A stretch of DNA of 64,000 bases from Stegostoma tigrinum (lineage: Eukaryota): positions 930,001 through 994,000 of the forward strand of contig NC_081396.1 of the NCBI RefSeq assembly GCF_030684315.1, in the 5' to 3' direction. The notes below the pieces were generated by a model that searched no databases, was not told the DNA's origin, and saw only the letters and a program-made list of their open reading frames with translations. The translations under genes were made by a program, and so were the position numbers. This document shows positions 12,555 through 24,598 of this stretch, one piece after another (position 1 is the stretch's first letter; every line of letters begins with the position of its first letter).

Positions 12555-13542
12555 AACGCTGGCACAGAGCGAGTTTTATTGATTGTTCACACTGAGACTT
12601 CAGACAGAGAAACACGGTACTGAAAATTAGAGTCTCTGTCCGGTTGCACAGTCTCCCGAGCAAAGGGCTAGAACTGCACATGATGGCACAAATGTACACG
12701 CAAACCAACACCCCCCACTCCCTCCCATTTTCCCTGCTGTAGCCTTGTGTTAGTCGAAGAGAAGCAAAAGCAGATGGCCTATAGCACTGCCTTATCTTTA
12801 CACACCTGGGCCCTGAGCAACATTAACTAGCTCCTTGTGGCTTGGCTGTGAAATATAGACCCGGGCAGTGGCTCACACACAGGGACAGCCAGCCTACGGA
12901 TTGATACAACATCTTTAGTCCCTTTCCTCCCGCCACTCTCATCCCAAAGCCCCACAGTCCCTAAAAATACATTTACAAAAACCCCTGAATTGGTTCATCA
13001 GNNNNNNNNNNNNNNNNNNNNNNNNNNNNNNNNNNNNNNNNNNNNNNNNNNNNNNNNNNNNNNNNNNNNNNNNNNNNNNNNNNNNNNNNNNNNNNNNNNN
13101 NNNNNNNNNNNNNNNNNNNNNNNNNNNNNNNNNNNNNNNNNNNNNNNNNNNNNNNNNNNNNNNGATTTGTAGAAAGAGAGGAGGGAACGAGAGAGAGGAG
13201 AGAGAGAGGGAGACAGAGAGATGGGGAGGAAAGAAAGGGGAGAGGGTGAGACAGCGACAGGGAGATGGGAATAGAGATTGATACAGACAGAGAGAGAGAG
13301 AGAAACAAACAGAGGGAGAGAGAGTGAGATGGACAAAGAGAGAGAGAGAGACAGCAAGAGAGATACAGAGGGGAACAGAGAGAGAGAGTTTAAGAGTTAA
13401 AACAGAGAGAAGACAGTTCTTATCCAGAGGGTATCAACCTCTGAAGCCAGGCCCAGGTGAAGCGCTGACGGGGAATGAATCCGGAATCTTGTCTTCCGTT
13501 TCCTGGTTCTCTCCCATTGGCAGATGGAGGCTACTCCGACTC
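12555..13542 (-). other. TRDC: Probable untranslated last exon of TRDC
   Basis: Polypyrimidine tract and acceptor (ctttctctctctggtttcccacAG) ending at 13543, and AATAAA at 12575-12580 (tttatt on +). A donor right after the exon 3 stop requires such an exon. Contains an assembly gap. Confidence 0.6.
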
Positions 13543-13881
13543 CTGTGGGAAACCAGAGAGAGAAAGTGAGTGAGTGAGGGTGAGGATGGATGGCCGTGCA
13601 CTCTGGGGAGGGAAGGCAGTGTGGGGAGGGGAAGCAGTGTGCTCTGGAGGTGGGAGGGCGAGAGAAACTCAGGCCAATGTACCCTCCTCCCATATCCTGA
13701 GATACAGACTGAAAATGTTGGCTCGTCAGACACGAGGGGCCAGAATTGCTTGAGTTTGGAGGGACTAAGTGGCCTCATTCTGTCTCTGGTGGAGACTGAG
13801 TGGGGGGGAACAGGACAGCAGTATGTGTCCTTCGATGTGACCCATCCTTCCATAATCATGTCCCCCCTTCCATCACGCTTT

Positions 13882-14560
13882 GTGGGGGAGATGGGGGAGA
13901 GATGGGTGGAGTTGGGGGAGGGATGGAGGGAGATGGGGGAGATGGGAAAAGATGGGGGTGACAGGGAGAGATGGAAAGATATGACGAGAGCTGGTTGGAG
14001 ATGGGGAGAGATGGAGGGAGATGGGAAGAGCTGGGTGGAGATGGGAAGAGATGAATGGAATGGGGGACAGATGGGGACATTTGGGTGGAGATGGGGGAGA
14101 CACGAGGAGAGATGTGTGGAAATGAGGGAAGGGATGGGTGGAGGGGGGGAGATGGGGAAAGACGTGTGGAGATGGGGGAGTGATGGAGGGAGATGGGGAA
14201 AGATGGGTGGAGATGGGGAGAGATGTATGGAAATGGGGGGGAGATGGAAGGAGGTGGGAAGAGATGGGTGAAGATGGGGAGAGATGAGTTGAGATGGGTT
14301 GAGATGGGTGGAGATGGGGGAGAGGTGGAGGGAGGTGGGAAGAGATGGGTGGAAATGGGGGAGAGATGGAGGGAGATGGGGGAGATACGGGGGGAGATGG
14401 GTGGAGAAGGGGGAGAGATGGAGGGAGATGGGGGAGAGATGAAGAGAGATGGGGGAGAGATGTGGGAGATATGGGTGGAGATGGGGGAGAGATGGGTGGA
14501 GATGTGGGGGAGATGGAGAGAGATAGGGGAGAGATGTGGGAGAGATGAGTGGAAATAAGG
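13882..14560. repeat. G/A-rich (GGAGATGGG)n low-complexity array filling TRDC intron 3
   Basis: Directly visible. Confidence 0.9.
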
Positions 14561-14574
14561 GAGACAGGACTCAC

Positions 14575-14685
14575 CTTAAGAAAGCCAGACTCGGGCAGTC
14601 ATCAGCAGATTGACAGCGACGCTTTTGAAGAGGAGAAATCGGAGGCCCATCACGGTCAGAGACAACAAGTTCGCCTGCGGTCTCT
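14575..14685 (-). CDS. TRDC: TCR delta constant region exon 3 (transmembrane and short tail)
   Basis: Translates ERPQANLLSLTVMGLRFLLFKSVAVNLLMTARVWLS* with the Arg and Lys that contact CD3 in TCR alpha/delta chains. The stop is followed by G|GTGAGT. Confidence 0.93.
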
Positions 14686-15334
14686 CTGTGATGGTTAAAA
14701 TCAGACACAAGATCAACATGGTGAGACCGAAATGTGTCCTTTCCCTCCAGTTCAGATCTGACAGTGTTGGAACACGTCAGGAATCGTATAAACCCCAATC
14801 AGACCATCAACCACCCTAAGTCACACCTCCCTCCATCCTTTTCTCCCTCCTTCTCTCTATCTACACCTGCTTTCATCCTTTTTCTCCCTGCCTCTCTCCA
14901 TCAACACCTCCCTCCATCCATCTCTCACTCCCTCTTTCCATCCACACCTCCCTTCATCTTCCCTTCCCTCCCTCTCTCTGTCCACACCTCCCCCATCCTT
15001 CTCTCCCTCCCTCTCTCCATCCACATGTCCCTCCCTCCTGCCCTTCAAATCTATCTCTCCCTCTCCACGTCCCTCTCTCCCTCCCTCTTTTCTTCTCTCT
15101 TTCTGTCTCTCCATCCCACTCCATCCATCCATCTCTCTGTCTGTCTATCTGTCTCCATCACTCTATCTCTCGGGTTCTTTATCTCTCTCATTCTCTATGT
15201 GCCTCTCTCTCTATCTCTCTGTCTCAATTGTTCCTATCTCTCTGTCTATCTGTCTCTCTCTATCTCTCTCTGTCTGACCGTCTCTTTCTCTTTCTCTCTC
15301 TCTCTCTCTGTTTGTCTCTCTCGCTATGTCTCTC

Positions 15335-15780
15335 AGGGTTGGAGAGTTTGAGCTGTAGGAAAACCTGAATAGCCTGGGGATATTCTCCCTGGAGTGTCGA
15401 AGGCTGAGAGGGACCTTGTAGATGTTCATCTAAGCGTGAGGAGCACCGAAGGTTAAATAGACAATGTCTTTTTCCCGTAATGGGGGAACCTAAAGCCAGA
15501 AGGCCATGGTGGGGCAAGTTTTAAAAACAACCTGAGGGGCAACATTTTTATGCAGAGGGTGATGTGTGTATGGAATAAGCTGCCAGAGGAAGTGGGTGGG
15601 GGCTGGTACAGTTAAAGCATTTTAAAGACATCTGGATGGGTACATGGATGGGAAGCTTTCAAAGGGAGATGGGCCAAATGCTGGCAAATGGGACTAGATC
15701 AGTTTAGGATATATGGTCAGCATGGATGGGATGGACTGAAGGGTTTGTTTCCATGCTGTACATCTCTATGTCTCTACGAC
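15335..15780 (+). mobile_element. CR1 LINE 3' fragment in TRDC intron 2
   Basis: Nucleotide similarity to the other CR1 3' ends in the window. Confidence 0.8.
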
Positions 15781-16000
15781 TGTGTCTATCTGCCCGGGTC
15801 TGTTTCTCTCTCACCCCTCTCTACTTCTCCCTACCTCCCACACCTGTGTCTTTTTCTTGCTCGTTCCCTTTCTCTCTCTCTCACACTCTGTCTCCACCTC
15901 CTCTCCACCCCAGCTCTCTCCTTCTGCCAATCTCCCCATTCCTCTGCCTGTTTATTCATTTCCCCCAAAGCCCCTTCCCCACTCATGGAGGGACTCTGAC

Positions 16001-16075
16001 CTTGAAAGGGGTCATTGTATGCGTCCATCGTGCCATTCGATGATACCATGCAGCCAGATGGCGTAGGACCTGGCT
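16001..16075 (-). CDS. TRDC: TCR delta constant region exon 2 (connecting peptide)
   Basis: 75-nt phase-1 exon, ttctatccacAG...GTcaga. Translates EPGPTPSGCMVSSNGTMDAYNDPFQ with the single interchain Cys, in frame with exons 1 and 3. Confidence 0.88.
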
Positions 16076-16169
16076 CTGTGGATAGAAAGTGGAGATATCA
16101 GTCTGGAGAATGTGTTCATTTAGGGGGACAAGGTGCCAACATGGGCACTTCTGCCCCGCTGAGGGGGGA

Positions 16170-17100
16170 GAAGGGTGAGGGGTGTGGGTGAACAAGGGGG
16201 AATGGGGAAGTGGTGTGAGAGCAAGGGGGGATAGGATCGAAGGAATGGGGGAATCCCGGGGCCTAGGGGATTGTGACGAGGGGAGGGGTAGCAAGGGGAA
16301 TGGGAGGAAGGAGGGAATGGAGGAAAAAGGGGCAAATGGGATGGGAGTTGGGGGAATAGGTGATGGGGGAACAAGAGGGGATGGGGGATGGGGATTGAGG
16401 GGAGGGGTGAACAAGAGGGGTTGGGAGAGGGCTGAACAAGAGGGGATGTGGGGTCGAGGGGATGGGGAGCAAGTGAAGTGGGAGGCAATGTTATGGGGGG
16501 AAGTTCGGATGGAGGAACAAGGAGGAATGGGGGAGCAAGGAGGGATGGGGGAGAAAGTTGGGAATGGGAGAATGAGGGGAGATGGGAGAACAAGGAGGGA
16601 TGGGGGAGAAAGGGGGCAATGGGGGAATGAGGGGAGATGGGGGAACAAGGGGAGATGGGGGAACAAGAGGAGATGGGGGGACAAGGGGAGATGGCGGAAA
16701 AAGGGGAGATGGGGGAACAAGGGGAGATGGGGAACAAGGGGAAATGGGGGAACAAGGGAAGATGGGGGAACAAGGGGGGATGGGGAACAAGGGGAGATGG
16801 GGGAACAAGGGGAGATGTGGGAACAAGGGGAGATGGGGGAACAAGGGGAGATGTGGGAACAAGGGGAGATGGGGGAACAAGGGGAGATGTGGGAACAAGG
16901 GGAGATGGGGGAACAAGGGGGGATGGGGGATCAAGGGGAGATGGGGGAACAAGGGGGGGATGGAGGAACATGGGGAGATGGGGGAATGAGGGGAAAGTGG
17001 GAAACAAGGAGAGACAGAATGGGGTGAGGGAATGGGGGATCAAGGGGAGATGGGGGTGGTGTGGCGAGAGGAAAGGGGAACAATGTGGGGGGAGGGGACC
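16170..17100. repeat. G-rich 18-bp minisatellite (GGGGGAACAAGGGGAGAT) filling TRDC intron 1
   Basis: Directly visible tandem repeat. Confidence 0.9.
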
Positions 17101-17118
17101 TGGGAGAGAGCTCCTTAC

Positions 17119-17421
17119 CACTCTTGGAACTCTGGGTGGAGTTGGCGGTGAACAGTTTCGTCCTATGCATAGCCTCACAGAAGACGTCTGTCAGTTTCCC
17201 GTGAGCGGGCAGGAAGCCGAATGCCTCGTAGTTGCCATCGGTCTTGATTACAGAGGGCCTGGTAATGTCAGTCTTCTTGCCATCTCCCACCGTCAACGAC
17301 AGGTTGATGGCCTTCGGATAGAAGTCGCTGGCCAGACAGACTGCAGCAGGGAGAGCGCCATTGCCTAAGACACCTGGCGGATAAAAAACTGACAGTTTCG
17401 GCTTGACATCGTCCCTCTGCC
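17119..17421 (-). CDS. TRDC: TCR delta constant region exon 1 (Ig C1 domain)
   Basis: 303-nt phase-1 exon bounded by tttgtatttcAG and GTaagg. Translates (x)QRDDVKPKLSVFYPPGVLGNGALPAAVCLASDFYPKAINLSLTVGDGKKTDITRPSVIKTDGNYEAFGFLPAHGKLTDVFCEAMHRTKLFTANSTQSSKS. It has the CL..DFYP motif, a second Cys and no core Trp, as in TRDC. The upstream 12/23 D segment favours delta over alpha. Confidence 0.92.
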
Positions 17422-17744
17422 CTGAAATACAAAGAAAGGCAGAAGTGAGGGAGCAGTCAGACCTCTCTACCGCCCCACCACACCGCCCACCTGCCTTCCC
17501 CCACTTTGTGCATTACTCCGAGCCACAGGGGTTCCCTGCACTGATCGCTGTGGGACACTGCCTCCCCTCTCAGACCAATGCCCCTCTGCAGCCAAACCTC
17601 GCCGACATGAGCCACTATCAAAGGCTGCTTTCTCCCCCACCCCCACCCCCGGCAGCTAACTCACGGGCCCTGCCTTTTCCATCCCTCCCCAGAGATAGCC
17701 TCAGACTATTATGGTCACTGGGCTGCAGGAAGGATGAGACTAAA

Positions 17745-18230
17745 ATGGAGAGGGAAGGTTGACCAGGATGTTAAACAGACTGGAAGGGTTTGAGCTGCAG
17801 GGAGAGGTTGAATAGGCTGGGGCTATTTTCTCCTGGAGGCTGAGGTGGGGACGGGTGTGTGTGTGACTATTTAGAGGGTTTACAAAATCATGAGGGGTGT
17901 GGATAAGGTAAATATCCAAGGACTTTTCCCAGGGTAGGGGGAGTCCAAAACTAGAGGGGAATAGATTGAAGGCGAGAGATTTAAGAGGGACCTGAGGGGT
18001 AACTTTTATCATGGAAAGGGTGGCGCGTGTATGGAGCGCACTGCCAGAGGATTTGGGTCGGGGCTGGTATAGTTACAACTTTAAAAGGAATCTGGATGGG
18101 GACATAGAGAGGAAGGGTTTAGAGGGATGCGGGCCAAATGCTGGCAATTGGGGCTAGAATGATTTAGGGCATCTAGTCGGTAGGGACAAGTTCAGCTGAA
18201 GGATTCGTTTCCCTCACTGTACATCTCTGT
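17745..18230 (+). mobile_element. CR1 LINE 3' fragment in the J-C intron
   Basis: Same 3' CR1 sequence as 10955-11490. Confidence 0.8.
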
Positions 18231-19138
18231 GACTTTCTGATGTCCTTTGAGAGGGACAATGCTGACACAGTGGGGTCACTGAGAATGTAACTGCTGTCCC
18301 TCCTTGGGGACAACATAATGCGTCCGGGTTTCTCTGGTTTCACCTGAGAAAGAAGCTTGCCCACGAGAAAGTGGACAGTGCGTTGAGTGGCAGTTATGTT
18401 CTTTTGTCACACATAGCAATACCTGCCTGGCTCGGGACTGTCACACAAGAGCGGGATGACGAGAGACATTCTGTCGTCAATAAGCCGGGGTCAGGGGGAT
18501 CATGGTCACAATTTCGAGGTGGTCAGCGAGAGAACTTGGCGCAGGATGGGGAGGTACGTCTTTACTCAGAGAGAGGGAGAGAGTCATTTGGATTTGGAAT
18601 GAGCCCAGCTTGGGCGCTGGATCCCATTCAGACGTCACCAAAGGGAGCTGGATATGGTTTTGAAAGTGACCAACTTAAATTTTACTTCCACACCATCAAC
18701 CCCTCCACCTCAAACCGGCCTCCCCACTCCAGTTGCGGTGAGACCTTTCACTCACGGATCTGTTAGGCAGAATACGCAGGGGCTCCCTATTTCTTAACAT
18801 CACCCCCTAACCCCCAGAATCCCGTTCACAAGGCCAATGTCAGCGTCCCGAAGGTTTCGCTCTGGATTCAAACGCGATGTGTCCCAGAGTAGGAACCTGC
18901 CTGTGGGGAAAATGACTCAGGCCTTGTTTAGGGGCTGGGGAAGGGGATCTGGGACAAAATCAACTAGCATGGCGGCACAGTGCAGTATGGAGAGAGGTTT
19001 TGGTGTCTATTTTTCTGAAATAATGGGAACTGCAGATGCTGAAGAATCTGAGATAACAAAGTATGGGACTGAATGGACACAGCAGCATCTTAGGAGCATA
19101 AAAGCTGATGTTTCGTGTCAGTGTGTCTCTCTCTCCGA

Positions 19139-19205
<67 letters not shown>

Positions 19206-20854
19206 GCGCGCGCACGAGCGTGCGTGTGTGTGTGCCTGCCACATTTACCAGTCACTGATGTATCTATCCTTCCATCCCCAACCAACACCACGCACCCCCC
19301 AACACAGCCAAGAAAGAACGCAAGTACCCTCTATTGAGTGTGGGCAGTTTGCAGAATTTTTGAGTGTTTTCAGTGGCTGAACTAAACCCACCACCTTGCC
19401 AGCACCCTCCCCATTGCCACCCTACAAACTCATGCCACGGTTACATTTCTTTCTCCACATGCGCCAGGGCATGCCACATTAAAACATTTCTTTTGGACTG
19501 GTCTCAGAACGAAACAAAAGCGTCAGAATGATTCCCTGGGTCTCACAGTCGTCCGAGAGCCAGCATTACTCATTTCCCGACTTTTACAGGGAGCACAGAT
19601 GTCACCATATTAAAAAAAAAACCCACGCAAGACAGAAATCTCGGCCTCCCTCCTCGGGGGGAGCCTAACGCCCTTGAGATTCCCCAGTTTCAATCGAGAA
19701 GGAAAGGAGACGCCAAACTGTGTATGGTGTGTTGGCGACCGTTGATTTTCTTGGTCACCCTGCTCTCTGTGTGTGACGTGAAACTTGTCTGGCTCAGTCA
19801 TATCACAGCGAAATGGGTCCAAGAGAAATATTTCATCTTCAGTAACTGGGCCGGGGTCTGAATTTCAAAGTTGTCAGCGGGAGAACACAGAGTGAGGTGA
19901 AGGGAAAGTTCTTTACTCAGAACCGTAGACATGTCCAGCATGGAAACAGATCCTTCGGCCCAACCAAACTATGCTTGCTAGACATTTTAATTTAATTTAA
20001 TCATGCTTGCCAGAATTTGGCCCCTATCCCTCTAAACTCTTCCTTTACATAAAACCACACAGATGCCTTTTAAATGTAATAATTTTACGAGCCTTCATCA
20101 CTTAATCCATCTGTGTACCAACCTATGGGTAGGAATGGACCCACAGATCCCTTTCAAGTCTTTCCTCTCTCACCTAAAACCTATGCTTTCTAGTTTTGGG
20201 GGAACCTGTTAGGGTTTAGCATGAGCCACCTAGGGGAATAGTGGAGGTGGATTCGACAGGAGATTTCAAAGGACAGCTGTCTATACATTTGTAAGTGACC
20301 AATTCAAGTTTAGCCCCCCTCCCCATCTCATTCTATCTGAAATGGAACCTTTTGTGCATGGTTCAGGTAGGCTGAAATGACACAATAANNNNNNNNNNNN
20401 NNNNNNNNNNNNNNNNNNNNNNNNNNNNNNNNNNNNNNNNNNNNNNNNNNNNNNNNNNNNNNNNNNNNNNNNNNNNNNNNNNNNNNNNNNNNNNNNNNNN
20501 NNNNNNNNNNNNNNNNNNNNNNNNNNNNNNNNNNNNNTTCTCAGCGGGGACGGCTCCAAGGTGGGGTTTAATATGCCATACAACAATTCAGCCCTTCAGT
20601 GCCCACCACATTTCTGACACCTGGGGATTCAATTCGTGGCCTCAGTGTCTTTAATTGAAGCAGGATTTGAACATGCAGCTCTCGCGGATGAAATGCCTGC
20701 AATCGTTTCTATATTTTCTCTCTCTCTCTCTCTCTCTCTTTTTCTCTCTGCAGCACTACCTTGGCTCGCTGCCCAGACACTCCATTCCAGAGAACAAAAC
20801 CAAGTAAACAGCATGTGAGCAGAATGAAATTTTAAAGCCTCTGCTCTAACTTAC

Positions 20855-20920
20855 TTGGTATAACTGTCAGTTGGATGCCATTGCCAAATGTGAGTTTCGT
20901 TCTTTTATCAACGTAATCGA
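20855..20920 (-). CDS. TRDJ: TCR delta J segment, DYVDKRTKLTFGNGIQLTVIP
   Basis: FGxG motif, GTAAGT donor, RSS CACAGTT-12-GCAGAAACC at 20921-20948. Confidence 0.9.
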
Positions 20921-22244
20921 CACAGTTAACAGGTCAAAGGCAGAAACCCTCCAAACTTAGCTTTCAGATTCATTCACAGCACGTAGGCATTGCTGGATTG
21001 GCATGGGTAATCATTGCCCAGCTCTAGTTGTGGGGCAGAGGGGACTGGGTCATGTAGGTCAGGCCAGGTCCTTCCCCAGTGGACCGTTTGGTAAAGCAGA
21101 CCATTACTGTGGACACTGAGCTTTGGGTCGAATCTTGGACACAATGTCAAGTCAAAGGTTTGATGGAAACTTGGGAAATGAGGGATTTCTTTGGGCATAA
21201 GGCATTTTAGACACGCGGCAGGGTTAGAGAGAGAGAGATCAGATTCAGAGAAGAGCAGCTTAGGAGGTGAAATTTGCTTTGATCAAATTTGAGAACCATT
21301 TCGATAGGGTAGAGAAGGATATTTTGCTTCCAACAGTCAGTAACTAGAGGTCACAACTTCAAGATGGACAACGACCGACCTCGGAGTGAGAAGAGGAGTT
21401 CCTCAGAGTCATAGAGTCATGGGGATGTAGAGGAAGGAAACAGACCCCGTGGCCCAACTCATCCAAGCCAACCAGATATCCCAAAGAAACATAACTCCAT
21501 TTGCCAGCATTTGGCACATATCCCTGTAAACCCTTCATGTTCATAAGCTCATCCAGATGCATTTTAAATGTTGTAATTGTACCAGCGTCCACCACTTCCT
21601 TTCACAGCTCATTCCATACACACACTACCCTTTGCATGGAAAGGCTGCCCCTCAGGTCTCTTTTAAATCTTTCCGCTCTCACCTTCAACCTATGCCCACT
21701 GCTGTTGGGAACTTGTTGGGATTTGGAATGAGCTGCGTATGGGAACAGTGGAGGTGAATTCAGCATGAGTTTTCAAACGGGAGCTGGACATATATTTGAA
21801 AGTGAACAATTTAAGATTTTTTTTCTGCCTCATTCTAGCTGAAATGGAACCTTTCTCACACGGTTCTGTTAGACTTAAAAGAAAACGATAAGGAAAGACC
21901 TGTCAGCACTGACCAATTTCTCTTCAATCAACAGTTTCTGAGAGGGATCATTTCCAAGATGGAGTTTAATATCTTGTCCATACAACAATGCAGCCCTTTA
22001 GTGCCCACCACTGTTCTGACACAAAGAGAATCGTTTCCTGGCTTCAGTGTCTTCTGGAACATGCACCTTCTCAAAAATTTCTCTCACATCTAAAATGCCT
22101 GCGATAGTTCCGTTATCCTGCCCCTCTCTCTCGCTCTCTTTGCGGCACTATCTGGTTCTCTGCCCAGACACTCCGTTCCACAGAACAAAACAAAATAAAC
22201 AGCATGCTAGATGAAAGAAAAAAAAAGCCTCAGCTCTAACTTAC

Positions 22245-22310
22245 ATGGTGTAACTGTCAGTCGGGTGCCGCTGCCAAATGTGAGTTTTGCTGTGCGATCA
22301 TAGTAATCCC
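22245..22310 (-). CDS. TRDJ: TCR delta J segment, DYYDRTAKLTFGSGTRLTVTP
   Basis: FGxG motif, GTAAGT donor, RSS CACAGTA-12-ACAGAAACT at 22311-22338. Confidence 0.92.
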
Positions 22311-23376
22311 CACAGTAATCATACCTAAGACAGAAACTTTCTAAACCTAGCTTTCAAGTTTGTTCATGGGGTACAGGAATTGCTGGATTGACATAAGCAT
22401 TCATTTCCCATCTCTATCCATGGGGATTTGGGGTCTGGAGTCACATGTAGGTCAGACCAGGTCCTTTCCCAGTGGACCACTCAGTAAAGTATGCCATTAG
22501 AAGGGACAATGCTCACATGTGTCTGAATTTTGGTGAGAAACATAAGCCTAGAATTTAGTTTGAGTCATTCCAAATTTTTGGGATAGATGGGGGATTTCTT
22601 CAGGCGTGAGAGATTTTAGGCACGAGGAAAGATTAGAGTGCGAGGTCGGCCATGGTGCAGGGAAGACGAAGGGGTGACCTATATTGAGATGAGTAAATTT
22701 GAGAACTACTTCGACAGAGTAGAGAACGATATTCTGTTTCCACTAGTTGCTGGTGAGAAGTCACAATTTCATGATAGTCAGCAATAGAGCTCAGCGGGAG
22801 ATGAGGAGAGGCTTCTTTACTCAGAGGTAGCTGTTGGGATTTGGAATGGGCTGCCTGGAAGAGCGATGGAGGCTTAGGAAGGAAGATGGATGTACGTTTG
22901 AAAGGGATGATGTTAGAGGGCTATGGAATTAAGGCTGGAGAATGGGGACGAACCAGACAGCCAGTAGAGACTCGATGGGCCAAAGGGCTCCTGTCTCTCC
23001 TGTAAAATTCTACCAAATTACACCATCTGCCTCGATCCAATATTCCTGGAACGTAAGATGGGTCTCAGGGTGACAGGTCTAGTCGGAATGCCATACAACA
23101 CTGCCTTCCCATTGCCAGTTCCCCACCCTGGGTTAGTTCACAGTGGCCTCTGACATGCACATCCCCTACTGCCTCTGATTTAGCCCCTCGATAGAGACAA
23201 TTAACCCCTCCTGCACAACTTTTAACCCCCAGGTCGGCAGTGACCATTAAATTCTCCCTGTATTCGCTGCAATTTAAGAAAAAATTAAACACTGCACTTG
23301 ACTATTTGGCAGTTCTACTGCAGACTGCCAGAGATTCTTTGAATTAGATTTGAGGCAGTAACTGCCAATCACTTAC

Positions 23377-23430
23377 TGGCTAACACAGAGAGTCTGGTTC
23401 CTGTGCCAAAGATTAATTTCCAGTAGTTAG
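23377..23430 (-). CDS. TRDJ: TCR delta J segment, NYWKLIFGTGTRLSVLA
   Basis: FGxG motif, GTAAGT donor, RSS CACGATA-12-ACAAAAAAT at 23431-23458 (divergent heptamer). Confidence 0.88.
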
Positions 23431-23554
23431 CACGATAGTGCCAGGTGTTACAAAAAATCACCTCCACCACAACAGATAGGAACACAAGTCCTCGTGTGTG
23501 GTCTCCATTTGGGTCTGAACTGGTATGTCAGTGATTAATTCTTAGAATCGTCGG

Positions 23555-24120
23555 GGCTTGGCCCATATTCCTCTAAACCTTTCCTATTCATTTAGTTATC
23601 CAAATGTCTTTTTCATGTTGTTAATTGTACCCACACCCACCACTTCCTCTGGAAGCTCATTCCACACACGAACTGCTCTCTGTGTAACATCATTGCCCTT
23701 CGTGTCTTTGTTAAATCTTTCACCTCTCATCTTAAACCTCAGCCCGTCTGGTTTTGGTCTCCCCCACCCTAGGGAAAAAAATGACCTTCACTGTTAACCT
23801 TACCTTATGCCCCTCATGATTTTTCAAACCTCTATAAAGTTGCCCCTGCAACCTCCAGTCAGGAAATTAAAAAAATCCCAGTCTTCCTTTCTATCTCAAA
23901 CACTTCATTCCTGGCAACATCCTGGCAAATCTCTTCTGAACCCTCTCCAATTCAGTCATGTCCTCCCTATAACGGGATGCCCAGAAGTGGACACATTTGA
24001 CCATAAGAGCCCTCTCCAACATTCTGTGCAAGCTCAACACAACGTCCCAACTCCTACATCAAAGGACTGAGTAATGAAGGCAAGTGTGACAAACGCTCCC
24101 TTATCCACCCTGTTTACCTG
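23555..24120 (-). mobile_element. CR1 LINE 3' fragment
   Basis: Reverse complement of the CR1 3' region. Similar pieces lie at about 19920-20200 and 21410-21700. Confidence 0.78.
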
Positions 24121-24538
24121 CAGAGGCATCTGAGACAGATCCATTTTTATTCAGAAAGGGCTATTAAGGGATATGGGTGAAAGGGAGGTATGTGGAGTTA
24201 GGCCATAAGTCAGCCACGAATAATGGAGCGGGTCTGGATGGGGAGTTTTGAATAGCCCACACCTGTCTCTAACTACACGCCCCCCAACCCCAGAGGGGTT
24301 CTAATGTCATGAATCAATGCATCCAGAATGAGAGAAATTCTCCCAGAGCCGAGATGTGGGGCTGAGTGGAATTTCGATCTGTCAGTCACGGTGGTATCTC
24401 CCCGACCGTCCCGAACTGCGCCAAACCCCACTGTCCCTCTACTACCACTGTGTGTGGAACAGTTCGAGGGTCGGTCAGATTAGAGCTCTGGGGGCTTTCT
24501 ATTCCCCCTTTTTACGACAGTCAGACCCAAAGACTTAC

Positions 24539-24598
24539 TGGGTTCTACCGTCAGCCTGGTTCCACTGCCGAAGATCAGCTTTGCATATGTGTAGCTGC
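24539..24598 (-). CDS. TRDJ: TCR delta J segment, GSYTYAKLIFGSGTRLTVEP
   Basis: FGxG motif, GTAAGT donor, RSS CACAGTG-12-GCAGAAACA at 24599-24626. Confidence 0.93.

Noticed and set aside
13570-17368. Long Gly/Pro/Trp-rich ORFs in the ORF track
   Set aside because: They are translations of intronic G-rich minisatellites open in several frames.
17119-17421. Calling the C gene TCR alpha because of the many J segments
   Set aside because: A 12/23 D segment lies upstream, the domain has a second Cys, and the SLTV.GLR...K.VAVN transmembrane pattern fits delta better.
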